Part shown: positions 18,912 to 27,788 of the stretch, in pieces | How positions within the stretch are numbered: the stretch's first letter is position 1 | Layout of the letters: each line of letters opens with the position of its first letter | Source: Pigmentiphaga sp. | GTDB lineage: Bacteria; Pseudomonadota; Gammaproteobacteria; Burkholderiales; Burkholderiaceae_B | DNA: 64,000 bases | Direction of reading: 5' to 3' | Assembly (NCBI GenBank): GCA_023228945.1 | Contig: JALOAI010000027.1 | Coordinates: 542 to 64,541, forward strand | Translations under genes and position numbers: made by a program | Notes under the pieces: model-generated | What the model was told of the DNA's origin: nothing | The model's input: the letters and a program-made list of their open reading frames with translations, nothing else | Databases searched by the model: none

Positions 18912-19745
18912 ATGATGGGTGTTGGTCCTTTTTCGATTCAGGCCGTGATCATCTTTGCCGCCATCCTCCTGGCCTGGCTGGCGGCGCGGGTGGCCGCGCG
19001 GGGCCTGCCCGATGGTGCGCACAAGAGGGCGGGCGCGATGGTCCTCGACGCCGTGATGTGGGGCCTGGTGGCGGCTCGCCTGGGCTACATTGCCCAATGG
19101 TGGGAGGAATACTCGGCTGCCCCCAGAGCCATGATCGCGATCGGCGATGGAGGGTTTTCGTGGCGGGTCGGCCTACTGGCGGCCCTGGCGTATGTGGGGT
19201 GGCGCAGCCGTCCGGCACCGCTGCTGCGCGGTCCGGTCCTCACCGGCCTCGTCGTGGGCGGCATGGCCTGGGTAGCCGCGCAAGGCGTGCTCGAACACCT
19301 GCGGCAGTCCGCCGCGCCGTTGCCAGACCTGCAGCTCATGGCGCTCGATGGGCGGCCCTTGGCATTACAGACGTATGCGGGGCGTCCCATCGTGCTCAAT
19401 CTGTGGGCCAGCTGGTGTCCGCCGTGCCGGCGCGAAATGCCGGTGTTCGAGCAAGCCCAAGAGGAGTTTCCGCACATTGCTTTCGTCATGATCAATCAGG
19501 GAGAAAGCGCGGCGCAGGCGCGGCGCTTTCTGACGAGCGAAGGGCTGGTGCTGCGGGATGTGCTGCTCGATCCTGCTTCCAGCGCCATGCGCGAGTTGCG
19601 GTCGAGCGGCCTGCCCACCACCTTGTTCTTCGATGCAGACGGGGCCTTGGTGCACTCGCATATGGGCGAGTTGACGATGGCGAGCCTCAAGAGCACGATC
19701 TTGCGCCGCTTCGCTCCGGCGGCCCCAGCCAGCGCGGCGCCATGA
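18912..19745 (+). CDS. TlpA/redoxin-family thiol:disulfide oxidoreductase with multi-TM N-terminal domain
   Basis: IVLNLWASWCPPCRREMP is the CxxC thioredoxin motif. The N-terminal roughly 130 aa are hydrophobic. Confidence 0.75.
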   Translation: MMGVGPFSIQAVIIFAAILLAWLAARVAARGLPDGAHKRAGAMVLDAVMWGLVAARLGYIAQWWEEYSAAPRAMIAIGDGGFSWRVGLLAALAYVGWRSRPAPLLRGPVLTGLVVGGMAWVAAQGVLEHLRQSAAPLPDLQLMALDGRPLALQTYAGRPIVLNLWASWCPPCRREMPVFEQAQEEFPHIAFVMINQGESAAQARRFLTSEGLVLRDVLLDPASSAMRELRSSGLPTTLFFDADGALVHSHMGELTMASLKSTILRRFAPAAPASAAP

Positions 19746-19841
19746 TGATCAAGGAGAGATCGTGCTGAAAGTGATCCTGCGGGACGGCTGGGTTGACAGC
19801 GGGGCGTAGCCCGTGGGGCACGGGCCTCTCAACTGTGGACC

Positions 19842-20858
19842 TTACTCGTACACCACGTTCGAGTGCGGTTCGAGATCAAAGGTTTGCTCGGCGGTAAGGT
19901 CGCCGAACATGAACAGCTTTTCGTGTATGCCATGCATGGATTGCGCCATGGTGGGATAGGTGCTGTTGCCGTACTTCTGCTGCCATTGATGCCAGAGGCG
20001 ATCGATATTGGTATGGTGCAGGAAGAATACGGGGTCGTTGGGCGACGACGCCGTTTGCATCTGGCCTCCCACCCACAGGTGCACCACATTGTGCATGGCG
20101 CTGTGTTGGCCTGGGCCGCGGAAGCCTTCGAGGTAGTTGCGCATGCTCAGGCGAGGATCGGCCGTCGTGTCGTAGGGCGCCACATCGTACAGACGGGGTG
20201 TTGCGAGCAGGTCTGCAACTTCGGCCAACGTTGGCATCGCGCCAAGCTCTTCCGCCCAATCGAACTTGCGTTGCAGGCCGGCGGGGTCGAGCTGCATGTC
20301 GGGATCGATCTCGTCGTCCCATTCGTCGTCGGTATCGTCGTAGTTTTCGGCCATGGTCCACTGGCCTTTGCGAAAGGGGCCGGCCTTGACGAAGAAGTTC
20401 TCGTTCGGATCGCCGTCGCCACCCATGAAATCGTCTCTGAAGATCCGTTCGATCGATCCCGGCTCGGTCCAGTCCCAATAGGGCAAGGTCATCTTCGGGT
20501 TGCCCGAGGCACGGCGCATTTCCTCTTCGAAGCGGCGCAGGAACTCGCGGTGCCAGGGCAGGAAGCCGGGCGCCATATGGGCGCCGCTGTGATGGTCGTC
20601 GAACGCCAGCACATGCAGATCTACGAAGTAATCGTAGGCATTGAGGCTGGAGTGGTATTGCGACGGTAGTTGCTTCATTTTGTGCAAGGTTTGCACAAAC
20701 TCCTGCCGCTCTTGCGGCGTGAGGCTGGTGGCGCTTTTCCGAGCGGGAGGCGGTTCGGGCAAGTCGCCGTCATCGCCGCCGCAGGCGGCCATCAGCAGGG
20801 CTGTGAAGAGGCCGCCGAGGGCAAGGTTCCGCAGGGGACGTCGTCTCTGGATTGACAT
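19842..20858 (-). CDS. tyrosinase-family type-3 copper protein, predicted Tat/lipoprotein
   Basis: CuA region HVLAFDDHHSGAHMAPGFLPWHREFL. CuB region HNVVHLWVGG...DPVFFLHHTNIDRLW. N-terminus MSIQRRRPLRNLALGGLFTALLMAAC has a twin-Arg plus a lipobox-like Cys. Confidence 0.85.
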   Translation of the reverse strand: MSIQRRRPLRNLALGGLFTALLMAACGGDDGDLPEPPPARKSATSLTPQERQEFVQTLHKMKQLPSQYHSSLNAYDYFVDLHVLAFDDHHSGAHMAPGFLPWHREFLRRFEEEMRRASGNPKMTLPYWDWTEPGSIERIFRDDFMGGDGDPNENFFVKAGPFRKGQWTMAENYDDTDDEWDDEIDPDMQLDPAGLQRKFDWAEELGAMPTLAEVADLLATPRLYDVAPYDTTADPRLSMRNYLEGFRGPGQHSAMHNVVHLWVGGQMQTASSPNDPVFFLHHTNIDRLWHQWQQKYGNSTYPTMAQSMHGIHEKLFMFGDLTAEQTFDLEPHSNVVYE

Positions 20859-21087
20859 GATTATGGATTCTCATTGAAAAGGCTGCCGCGGTGGCATGGC
20901 TCGCGGCTTGCGGATTGTAAGTGGACTTGCGGGATGTAGAAAGGCAGCGGATCATCCCCGGACAAGCGCAGTGCGTTCGCGGGCGTTTGGCCGCCCGCCA
21001 CGCGAGCGGCAAGCCTGGAGGCTTTATCGTCCGGCTTGCCGCTCAAGGTATGAAGCCCCTTGCATTATTTGAGTCCAGGGATAAACC

Positions 21088-21645
21088 ATGTCGTCAAAAT
21101 GTCTCGTCAAACTCCGACCGCTGGAACGGGAGGATCTCCGCTTCGTGCACCAGCTGGACAACAACGCCAGCGTGATGCGCTACTGGTTTGAAGAGCCTTA
21201 TGAAACCTTCGTCGAACTTACCTCGCTCTACGATGCGCATATCCACGATCAGGGCGAGCGCCGCTTCGTGGTGGAGTCCAATGGAGAGAAGGTCGGGCTG
21301 GTGGAGCTGGTCGAGATCGACCACATCCACCGGCGGGCCGAGTTCCAGATCATCATCATCCCCGAGCACCAGGGCAAAGGCCTGGCGGCGCGAGCGGCCA
21401 AGCTGGCGATGGATTACGGCTTCAGCGTGCTCAACCTCTACAAGCTGTATCTCATCGTGGACAAGGAAAATAAAAAGGCCATCCACATCTACACGAAGCT
21501 GGGCTTCAAAGTCGAGGCCCAGCTGGTGCACGAGTTCTTCATCCATGGCGAGTACCGCGATGCCACCCGAATGTATCTGTTCCAGCATGAGTACTTGGCT
21601 GGGCAGAAGAAGGGCGGAGACATGGTGACGCCGCTGGCGCAGTGA
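21088..21645 (+). CDS. speG: spermidine/spermine N-acetyltransferase SpeG
   Basis: [33 protein letters not shown]...[19 protein letters not shown]...[24 protein letters not shown] is nearly colinear with E. coli SpeG as I remember it. Confidence 0.85.
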   Translation: MSSKCLVKLRPLEREDLRFVHQLDNNASVMRYWFEEPYETFVELTSLYDAHIHDQGERRFVVESNGEKVGLVELVEIDHIHRRAEFQIIIIPEHQGKGLAARAAKLAMDYGFSVLNLYKLYLIVDKENKKAIHIYTKLGFKVEAQLVHEFFIHGEYRDATRMYLFQHEYLAGQKKGGDMVTPLAQ

Positions 21646-21770
21646 GCGCCGGAACGGATAGGGGGCGGAGTGGAGAGGCCCCGGCCACCGCGCCGGGCTC
21701 GCGATAGCCTGGAAGACCGGTTTGTGGCCGCTGGCGAGGCGTTGTCGCTTCCTGGTTATTATGCCTCCGG

Positions 21771-21799
21771 TTGCATATTCCCTTGAAAGCATATATCAT
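21771..21799 (+). promoter_or_regulatory. sigma70-like promoter candidate TTGCAT-N17-TATCAT
   Basis: The hexamers are read directly, inside an AT-rich island (about 21755-21815) in otherwise GC-rich DNA. They are bracketed by the 9-bp inverted repeat TATGCCTCC (21760-68) / GGAGGCATA (21801-09). Confidence 0.4.
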
Positions 21800-21888
21800 T
21801 GGAGGCATATATTGATGGCCGTCGCAGGCGGCCACAGGTCCTGGCAAAAGCTTCGTCCGTCTCGCGGTTGCTAAAACCTGCCGGATTC

Positions 21889-21940
21889 GCCAGGCATGGA
21901 GCCCAGTTGCGCGGGCTCCATGCCTGGCTCATCCTTTTTT
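21889..21940 (+). terminator. intrinsic terminator (16-bp perfect stem plus T-tract)
   Basis: GCCAGGCATGGAGCCC-agttgcgc-GGGCTCCATGCCTGGC followed by tcatccTTTTTT. Confidence 0.7.
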
Positions 21941-22027
21941 AGGCGATGCCAAGCAAGGTGTTTTCGGCCGGAAGGGTCATGCCCAGGCATTGCGCCACTC
22001 CAGGTCGTCACTCAGCAAACGATTCCC

Positions 22028-22417
22028 ATGCCCAAGAAGCCCAGGAAGACGAAAACAGTACCTACCACCGCTCATCCCACATTAGTCGACAGCAATCCCG
22101 TCGTTCCGCCCGAGATCTCCGCCGTCAAGGTTGCCACGCTCAAAGAGTTGCGCAAGGCCACGCACCATACCCAGGACGACCTGGCCGAAACCATGGGCGT
22201 GGGGCAGGGCACGATATCCCGAATCGAAAAGCGCGACGACATGCTGGTGTCCACGTTGCAGCATTACGTAGAGGGCATCGGCGGCACTTTGCGAATTCTC
22301 GTCACCTTCCCCGACCGCCCGGCCCTGATGGTCGAGCGGCTAGGCAAAAAAACCAACCCTTACACCAAGGACACACATAAAAAATCCGCCAGTTCCAACA
22401 GCCAGGCGGGCCCCTGA
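22028..22417 (+). CDS. XRE-family HTH transcriptional regulator
   Basis: LKELRKATHHTQDDLAETMGVGQGTISRIEKRDD is a Cro/C1 HTH. Start at ATG 22028. The longer track ORF would begin inside the terminator hairpin. Confidence 0.7.
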   Translation: MPKKPRKTKTVPTTAHPTLVDSNPVVPPEISAVKVATLKELRKATHHTQDDLAETMGVGQGTISRIEKRDDMLVSTLQHYVEGIGGTLRILVTFPDRPALMVERLGKKTNPYTKDTHKKSASSNSQAGP

Positions 22418-22423
22418 TCCACG

Positions 22424-23527
22424 ATGCACACCATACCGACACCGTATTACCTGATCGATAAGCCGGCGCTGCAGCGCAACCTGGAGATCATCGACTACGT
22501 CCGCAAGCAGTCGGGCGCCAAGCTCTTGCTGGCGCTCAAGTGTTTTGCCACTTGGTCGGTGTTCGACATGATGCGCGAATACATGGACGGCACCACGTCG
22601 TCGTCGCTGTACGAAGTGAAGCTGGGCTACCAGAAGTTCGGCGGCGAAACCCATGCCTACAGCGTGGCCTATGCCGACCACGAAATCGAAGACGTCGTCG
22701 CGCATTGCGACAAGATCATTTTCAACTCGGTCAATCAGCTCGAGCGCTATGCCCGGTTTGCCCAGGGCAAGCCGATCGGCCTGCGGCTGAATCCCGGCGT
22801 CAGTTGCGCGGGCTTCGACCTTGCCGATCCCGCCCGCGCCTTCAGTCGTCTGGGAGAGAGCGATCCGGAACGCATCCTCGCCGTCCTCGACCGCCTCGAC
22901 GGCGTGATGATCCACAACAACTGCGAAAACGACGATCTGGAGCGCTTCGATGTGTTGCTCGGCCAGGTCGAGGAACGCTACGGCGAGATTTTGCGGCGCC
23001 TGAAGTGGGTCAGCCTGGGTGGGGGCATCAGTTTTACCGCCAAGGGCTATCCCGTGGATGCCTTTTGCAAGCGCCTGCGTGAATTCGCCCAAAAATACGA
23101 CGTGCAGGTTTACCTGGAGCCGGGCGAGGCGGCGGTGCGCCATAGCGCGACGCTCGAGGTCAGCGTCCTGGATGTAGGGTTCAACGGCAAGCATCTGGCG
23201 GTGGTCGATGCCTCCACCGAAGCCCATATGCTGGATCTCCTGATCTACCGCGAGACAGCGCCCCTGGGCGCCGATGCGGGCGATCATGCCTACATGGTCT
23301 GCGGCAAAACCTGCCTGGCGGGCGACATCTTCGGTGAAGGCCGTTTTGCCTCTCCCCTGCAAGTCGGCGATCGGATTTCGATAGGCGACGCCGCAGGCTA
23401 CACGATGGTCAAGAAAAACTGGTTCAACGGCGTCAACATGCCTTCGATTGCCCTGAAGGAAGCCGATGGGTCCGTGCGCGTCGTGCGCGAATTTTCCTTT
23501 GACGATTACGTCAACAGTCTGTCCTGA
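22424..23527 (+). CDS. nspC: carboxynorspermidine/carboxyspermidine decarboxylase
   Basis: PTPYYLIDKPALQRNLEII...LALKCFATWSVFDMM...GTTSSSLYE...SLGGGI...CLAGD are NspC family features. Confidence 0.9.
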   Translation: MHTIPTPYYLIDKPALQRNLEIIDYVRKQSGAKLLLALKCFATWSVFDMMREYMDGTTSSSLYEVKLGYQKFGGETHAYSVAYADHEIEDVVAHCDKIIFNSVNQLERYARFAQGKPIGLRLNPGVSCAGFDLADPARAFSRLGESDPERILAVLDRLDGVMIHNNCENDDLERFDVLLGQVEERYGEILRRLKWVSLGGGISFTAKGYPVDAFCKRLREFAQKYDVQVYLEPGEAAVRHSATLEVSVLDVGFNGKHLAVVDASTEAHMLDLLIYRETAPLGADAGDHAYMVCGKTCLAGDIFGEGRFASPLQVGDRISIGDAAGYTMVKKNWFNGVNMPSIALKEADGSVRVVREFSFDDYVNSLS

Positions 23528-23567
23528 GGGCAGTACTGCTCATACACAAAACTTGGGGGGTTATCCA

Positions 23568-24866
23568 ATGAAACGCAACGTTCTGATTATCGGTGCGGGT
23601 GGTGTGGCGCATGTCGCGGCGCACAAGTGCGCCCAAAACAACATCCTGCTGGGCGACATCCACATCGCTTCGCGCACGCTGGCCAAATGCCAGGCGATCA
23701 TCGAGTCCATCAAGGAAAAAGGCAACCAGCGCGGCCCGGGCCAGCTCAAGGCCCACCAACTCGACGCCATGGATGTCGAGGCCACCAAGGCGCTGATCCG
23801 CGAGACGGGCAGCCAGATCGTCCTCAACCTCGGCTCGCCGTTCCTGAACATGTCGGTGATGACGGCGTGCATCGAAACCGGCGCGGCCTACCTGGATACC
23901 GCCATCCACGAAGATCCCAACAAAGTTTGCGAAACGCCGCCGTGGTACGCCAACTACGAATGGAAGCGTCGTGAGGCTTGCCGCGAGGCCGGCGTTACCA
24001 CGATCCTGGGCGTGGGTTTCGATCCCGGCGTGGTCAACGCCTATGGACGTTTCGCGCTGGATACCTATTTCGACGAGGTCGAGTCCATCGATATCATCGA
24101 TATCAATGCGGGCAGCCACGGTCGATACTTCGCTACCAACTTCGATCCCGAGATCAACTTCCGCGAGTTCACCGAAACGGTCTGGTCGTGGGAGAACGGC
24201 AAGTGGAAGGCCAACGAAATGTTCGAGCACCGCAAAGACTGGGACATGCCCATGGTGGGCAAAAGCACGACGTATCTCACCGGCCACGACGAACTGCATT
24301 CCATGTCCAAGAACCTGGGTGTGCCCAACATCCGCTTCTGGATGGGTTTCGGCGATCACTACATCAATGTGTTCACGGTGCTCAAGAACCTCGGCCTGCT
24401 CTCCGAGAAGCCGGTGCGTACCGCCGAAGGCCTGGAAGTCGTGCCGCTCAAGGTCGTCAAGGCCGTTCTGCCCGACCCCGCTTCACTCGCGCCGGGCTAC
24501 AGCGGCAAAACCTGCATCGGCGATCTGGTCAAGGGCACGAAAAACGGCGAGCCGCGTGAAGTACTCATCTACAACATCTGCGACCACAAGCAGAGCTATG
24601 CAGAAGTCGGCAGCCAGGCGATCTCCTACACGGCGGGCGTACCCGCGGTGGCTGCGGCGATGCTGATCGCCGATGGCGTATGGGACGTCGGCCAGATGGT
24701 CAACGTCGAAGAGCTCGATCCCAAGCCGTTCATCGAATTGATGAACCGGATCGGACTGGTCACCCGCGTGCGCGACGAGCGAGGCGACCGCGTGCTGGAT
24801 CCGGCCCAGGAAGCGCCGGCGGTGGCCAAGCACCGGGAGTCGGTGGCGGGCGTTCCCGCCGAGTAA
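23568..24866 (+). CDS. carboxynorspermidine synthase (saccharopine dehydrogenase-family, CANSDH)
   Basis: MKRNVLIIGAGGVAHVAAHKCAQ is a Rossmann fold. ...LDTAIHEDP...PPWYANYEW...GFDPGVVNA are typical of CANSDH. It sits adjacent to nspC. Confidence 0.9.
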   Translation: MKRNVLIIGAGGVAHVAAHKCAQNNILLGDIHIASRTLAKCQAIIESIKEKGNQRGPGQLKAHQLDAMDVEATKALIRETGSQIVLNLGSPFLNMSVMTACIETGAAYLDTAIHEDPNKVCETPPWYANYEWKRREACREAGVTTILGVGFDPGVVNAYGRFALDTYFDEVESIDIIDINAGSHGRYFATNFDPEINFREFTETVWSWENGKWKANEMFEHRKDWDMPMVGKSTTYLTGHDELHSMSKNLGVPNIRFWMGFGDHYINVFTVLKNLGLLSEKPVRTAEGLEVVPLKVVKAVLPDPASLAPGYSGKTCIGDLVKGTKNGEPREVLIYNICDHKQSYAEVGSQAISYTAGVPAVAAAMLIADGVWDVGQMVNVEELDPKPFIELMNRIGLVTRVRDERGDRVLDPAQEAPAVAKHRESVAGVPAE

Positions 24867-24889
24867 GCGCTGCGGCCGTCCGCGGGCGA

Positions 24890-26401
24890 TCACTCGATCC
24901 ACACGATGTCGCCCGCCGCCCGCGCATAGTCCAGCGCATAGGCAAGCTCGCCCGGCGACTGCGCATGCAGGAGCAGCAAAGGCTGGCCGGGAACCACCGT
25001 GTCGCCCAGGCGTATGTGCAGCGACACGCCGGCGGCCGGGCTTTCGGGGGCGCCGGCGAGCTTCGCCAGCCGTGAAAGCTTGCGATTATCGATGCGGGTC
25101 ACGCGGCCGTGGCGAGCGGCGGCCAGCGGCTCCACATGGCTTGCCCGTGGCGGAGTGCGCAGACCACCCTGTGCGGTACAAATGCGTTGAAAGCGCTCCC
25201 AGGCGCGGCCGTCGGCCAGCGTGTCGCTCGCCAGCCGCGGCCCATCGCCCGCCGCCGCGGCGCCACCGAGTTCCAGAACCGCGCCGGCAATCAGCACTGC
25301 GCGCTCTCGCAGATCGGGCGGCGCGTCGGGAGCGCCTTGCAGCACCGCCAGCACATCGTAGGCCTCCAGCGCGGGACCGATGCCGCGGCCCACCGGTTGC
25401 TTGCCATCGGTGAATAGGCAGCGCAGGGCCAGACCGAAATGCGCCGCGGTCTCGGACAAGCGGTCCGCGAGCTGTTGGGCCGCTTCGCGGCTGCGTACCT
25501 TGGCGGTGGGCCCGATCGGAATGTCGATCACGACGTGGGTGGCTCCGGCGGCTACCTTCTTGGACAGCACCGAGGCAACCAGTTGGCCTTCGGTGTCGAT
25601 GTCCAGTTCGCGCTCGATGCGCACGAAGTAGTCGTCGGCCGGGCTCAGGGACATCGCACCGCCCCAGACCAGGCAGCCGCCTTCGGCCTCCACCACCCGG
25701 CGCAGCTCGGCGGTATCGAGCTCCACCCGGGTCAGCGTTTCCATGGTGTCGGCCGTGCCGGCCGGCGACGTGATCGCGCGTGACGAAGTTTTGGGCATGA
25801 CCAGCCCGTTGGCGGCGGCGATGGCCACCACCAACGGCGAGGTGCGATTGCCCGGCAAGCCGCCGACACAGTGTTTGTCGACCACCACCGGCACCGGCCA
25901 CTGCAAGCGCTGGCCGACGTCGACCATCGCGCGCGTGAGATGGAAGGTCTCGTCGGCATCCAGCGGCAAGGCGGCGGTGGCCGTGAGGAAGGCCGCCAGG
26001 TGGACGTCGGTGTATCGTCCGTCGACGACGTCGCGAACGATGGCGTCGAGGTCCTGCGCGCTCAGGCGCTGGCCGTGGATCCGCCGGCGGACCCCGGCCA
26101 GCGAGGGCAGCATCGGCGAGTGCCGAACCATGACGTTGTCGCCCTCGCGAAGGGCCAAGGCCTGCCAGGCGGCTTCCGACAGCGCGACCTGGCCGGGCGC
26201 GAGCAGCTCGCCATCGATCTGATAGAGCAGGGCTTGCACTTCGCGCCCGCCCGACGTGATCAGCACCTGGGAGCGCGGGGCCAGCCCTTCGGCATGGCCA
26301 ACGTGGCAATCGGTGCGCATCAGGGCGATGGGCTGATGCTGGGTGTGCAGGCGCAAGCGGGTGGCGCGCAGGGGCGGCGGTGGCCGCGGCCTATCGTTCA
26401 C
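24890..26401 (-). CDS. thymidine phosphorylase-family protein, archaeal-type/AMP-phosphorylase-like branch (503 aa)
   Basis: VDKHCVGGLPGNRTSPLVVAIAAANGLVMPKTSSRAITSPAGTADTMETL. The GG.PGN.. and KTSSRAITSPAGTAD motifs resemble the archaeal AMP phosphorylase branch as I recall it. The GTG start overlaps the upstream stop (GTGA). Confidence 0.8.
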   Translation of the reverse strand: MNDRPRPPPPLRATRLRLHTQHQPIALMRTDCHVGHAEGLAPRSQVLITSGGREVQALLYQIDGELLAPGQVALSEAAWQALALREGDNVMVRHSPMLPSLAGVRRRIHGQRLSAQDLDAIVRDVVDGRYTDVHLAAFLTATAALPLDADETFHLTRAMVDVGQRLQWPVPVVVDKHCVGGLPGNRTSPLVVAIAAANGLVMPKTSSRAITSPAGTADTMETLTRVELDTAELRRVVEAEGGCLVWGGAMSLSPADDYFVRIERELDIDTEGQLVASVLSKKVAAGATHVVIDIPIGPTAKVRSREAAQQLADRLSETAAHFGLALRCLFTDGKQPVGRGIGPALEAYDVLAVLQGAPDAPPDLRERAVLIAGAVLELGGAAAAGDGPRLASDTLADGRAWERFQRICTAQGGLRTPPRASHVEPLAAARHGRVTRIDNRKLSRLAKLAGAPESPAAGVSLHIRLGDTVVPGQPLLLLHAQSPGELAYALDYARAAGDIVWIE

Positions 26402-27756
26402 AGTTCGAACTCCTGGTTCTGCAAGGGCACCGAAGCCGGCCAGCCGAGCTCGCGCCCGATGCGTTCGCGCAGGGCTTCGGAGGCCGTGGGCTCGCCGTGG
26501 ACGATGAACACGCGCCGCGGCGCGTGCTGGAAGCCCGAAAGCCAGCGCAGCAGCTCGTTGCTATCGGCGTGGGCCGACAGCATGGGCAACTCGGCGATCT
26601 CGGCATTGATCGGTACCCATTGGCCATAGGCCTTGGTTTCGCGGGCGCCATCGAGCAGCTTGCGCCCGCGCGTGCCCGCCGCCTGGAAGCCCGAAAAGAG
26701 CAGGGTATTCTGGTGGCCGGGCCCGAAAGCGGCGATATGGTGCAGCACCCGCCCGCCGGTGGCCATGCCGCTGGCCGAAAGAATCACTTTAGGAAAGCGG
26801 CTGGCCGACAAAGCCTTCGACTCCTCCACGTCGCGCACATAGGTAACGGCATTGCAGGCGGCTTCGTAGTCGCGGGCGGCCAGCTTGTGTTCGGCGGCGT
26901 GGCGATGCAGCAGTTCGGTGGCGCTGGTGGCCATGGGACTGTCGAGATAGACCGGAATATTGCGCAGGCCGCCACGCTGGCGCAGCAGCCAGAGATCATG
27001 GATCAACGACTGCGCCCGGCCAACGGCGAAAGCCGGGATCACCACCGTGCCGCCGCGCTGCACGGTGCGCTCGATGATTTCACCCAGGGCTTCGACAGGG
27101 TCGGAGCGATCATGGACTCGATCGCCGTAGGTCGATTCGACGACGATGTAGTCGGCCTCTGGAACAGGCTCGGGGTCGTGCAGGATCGGGTCGTCGTAGC
27201 GGCCGAGATCACCCGAAAACACGATGCGCTTGCCGCCGATGTCGATCTGGACCGTGGTCGCGCCCAGGATATGGCCGGCGCGGCGCAGCAAGAGCCTGGC
27301 GCCGCCGGGCAAGGCGGCTTCACGATGCAACGGCGTGGCCTGGAACCGCGACAGTGTGCGCTCCGCGTCTTTTACCCGGTACAAGGGCAAGGCTGGCTGG
27401 TGCTTGGAGAACCCTTTGCGGTTGGCGAACTCCGCGTCTTTCTCCTGCAGCCAGGCGCTGTCGAGGAGGATCAGTTCGGCCACGTCGCGGGTGGCGGGAG
27501 TGGCGAAGACGGGGCCCGCAAAGCCGTCGAGCATCAAGCGCGGCAGATAACCGCAATGGTCCAGGTGGCCGTGAGTCAGGACGACCGCATCGATATCGCG
27601 CGGGGGCACGGACAGCCGCTGCCAGTTGAGTTCGCGCAGATTCTTCAGACCCTGGAAGAGTCCGCAGTCGACCAGAATGCGGGTGTCGTTAAAGGTCAGG
27701 AGGTGTTTGGAGCCGGTGACCGTGCCAGCGCCGCCGAGGCTGGTGAAGGTGAGCAT
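26398..27756 (-). CDS. MBL-fold beta-CASP family hydrolase (RNA-metabolising nuclease type)
   Basis: VDCGLFQG...VVLTHGHLDHCGYLP (HxHxDH), ...VVESTYGDR..., ...SAHADSNELLRWL... Start at the internal ATG 27756 (MLTFTSLGGAG). Confidence 0.85.
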   Translation of the reverse strand: MLTFTSLGGAGTVTGSKHLLTFNDTRILVDCGLFQGLKNLRELNWQRLSVPPRDIDAVVLTHGHLDHCGYLPRLMLDGFAGPVFATPATRDVAELILLDSAWLQEKDAEFANRKGFSKHQPALPLYRVKDAERTLSRFQATPLHREAALPGGARLLLRRAGHILGATTVQIDIGGKRIVFSGDLGRYDDPILHDPEPVPEADYIVVESTYGDRVHDRSDPVEALGEIIERTVQRGGTVVIPAFAVGRAQSLIHDLWLLRQRGGLRNIPVYLDSPMATSATELLHRHAAEHKLAARDYEAACNAVTYVRDVEESKALSASRFPKVILSASGMATGGRVLHHIAAFGPGHQNTLLFSGFQAAGTRGRKLLDGARETKAYGQWVPINAEIAELPMLSAHADSNELLRWLSGFQHAPRRVFIVHGEPTASEALRERIGRELGWPASVPLQNQEFEL

Positions 27757-27788
27757 GAGGTTTCTTCTTTGAGGACTGGGAATCCGCG

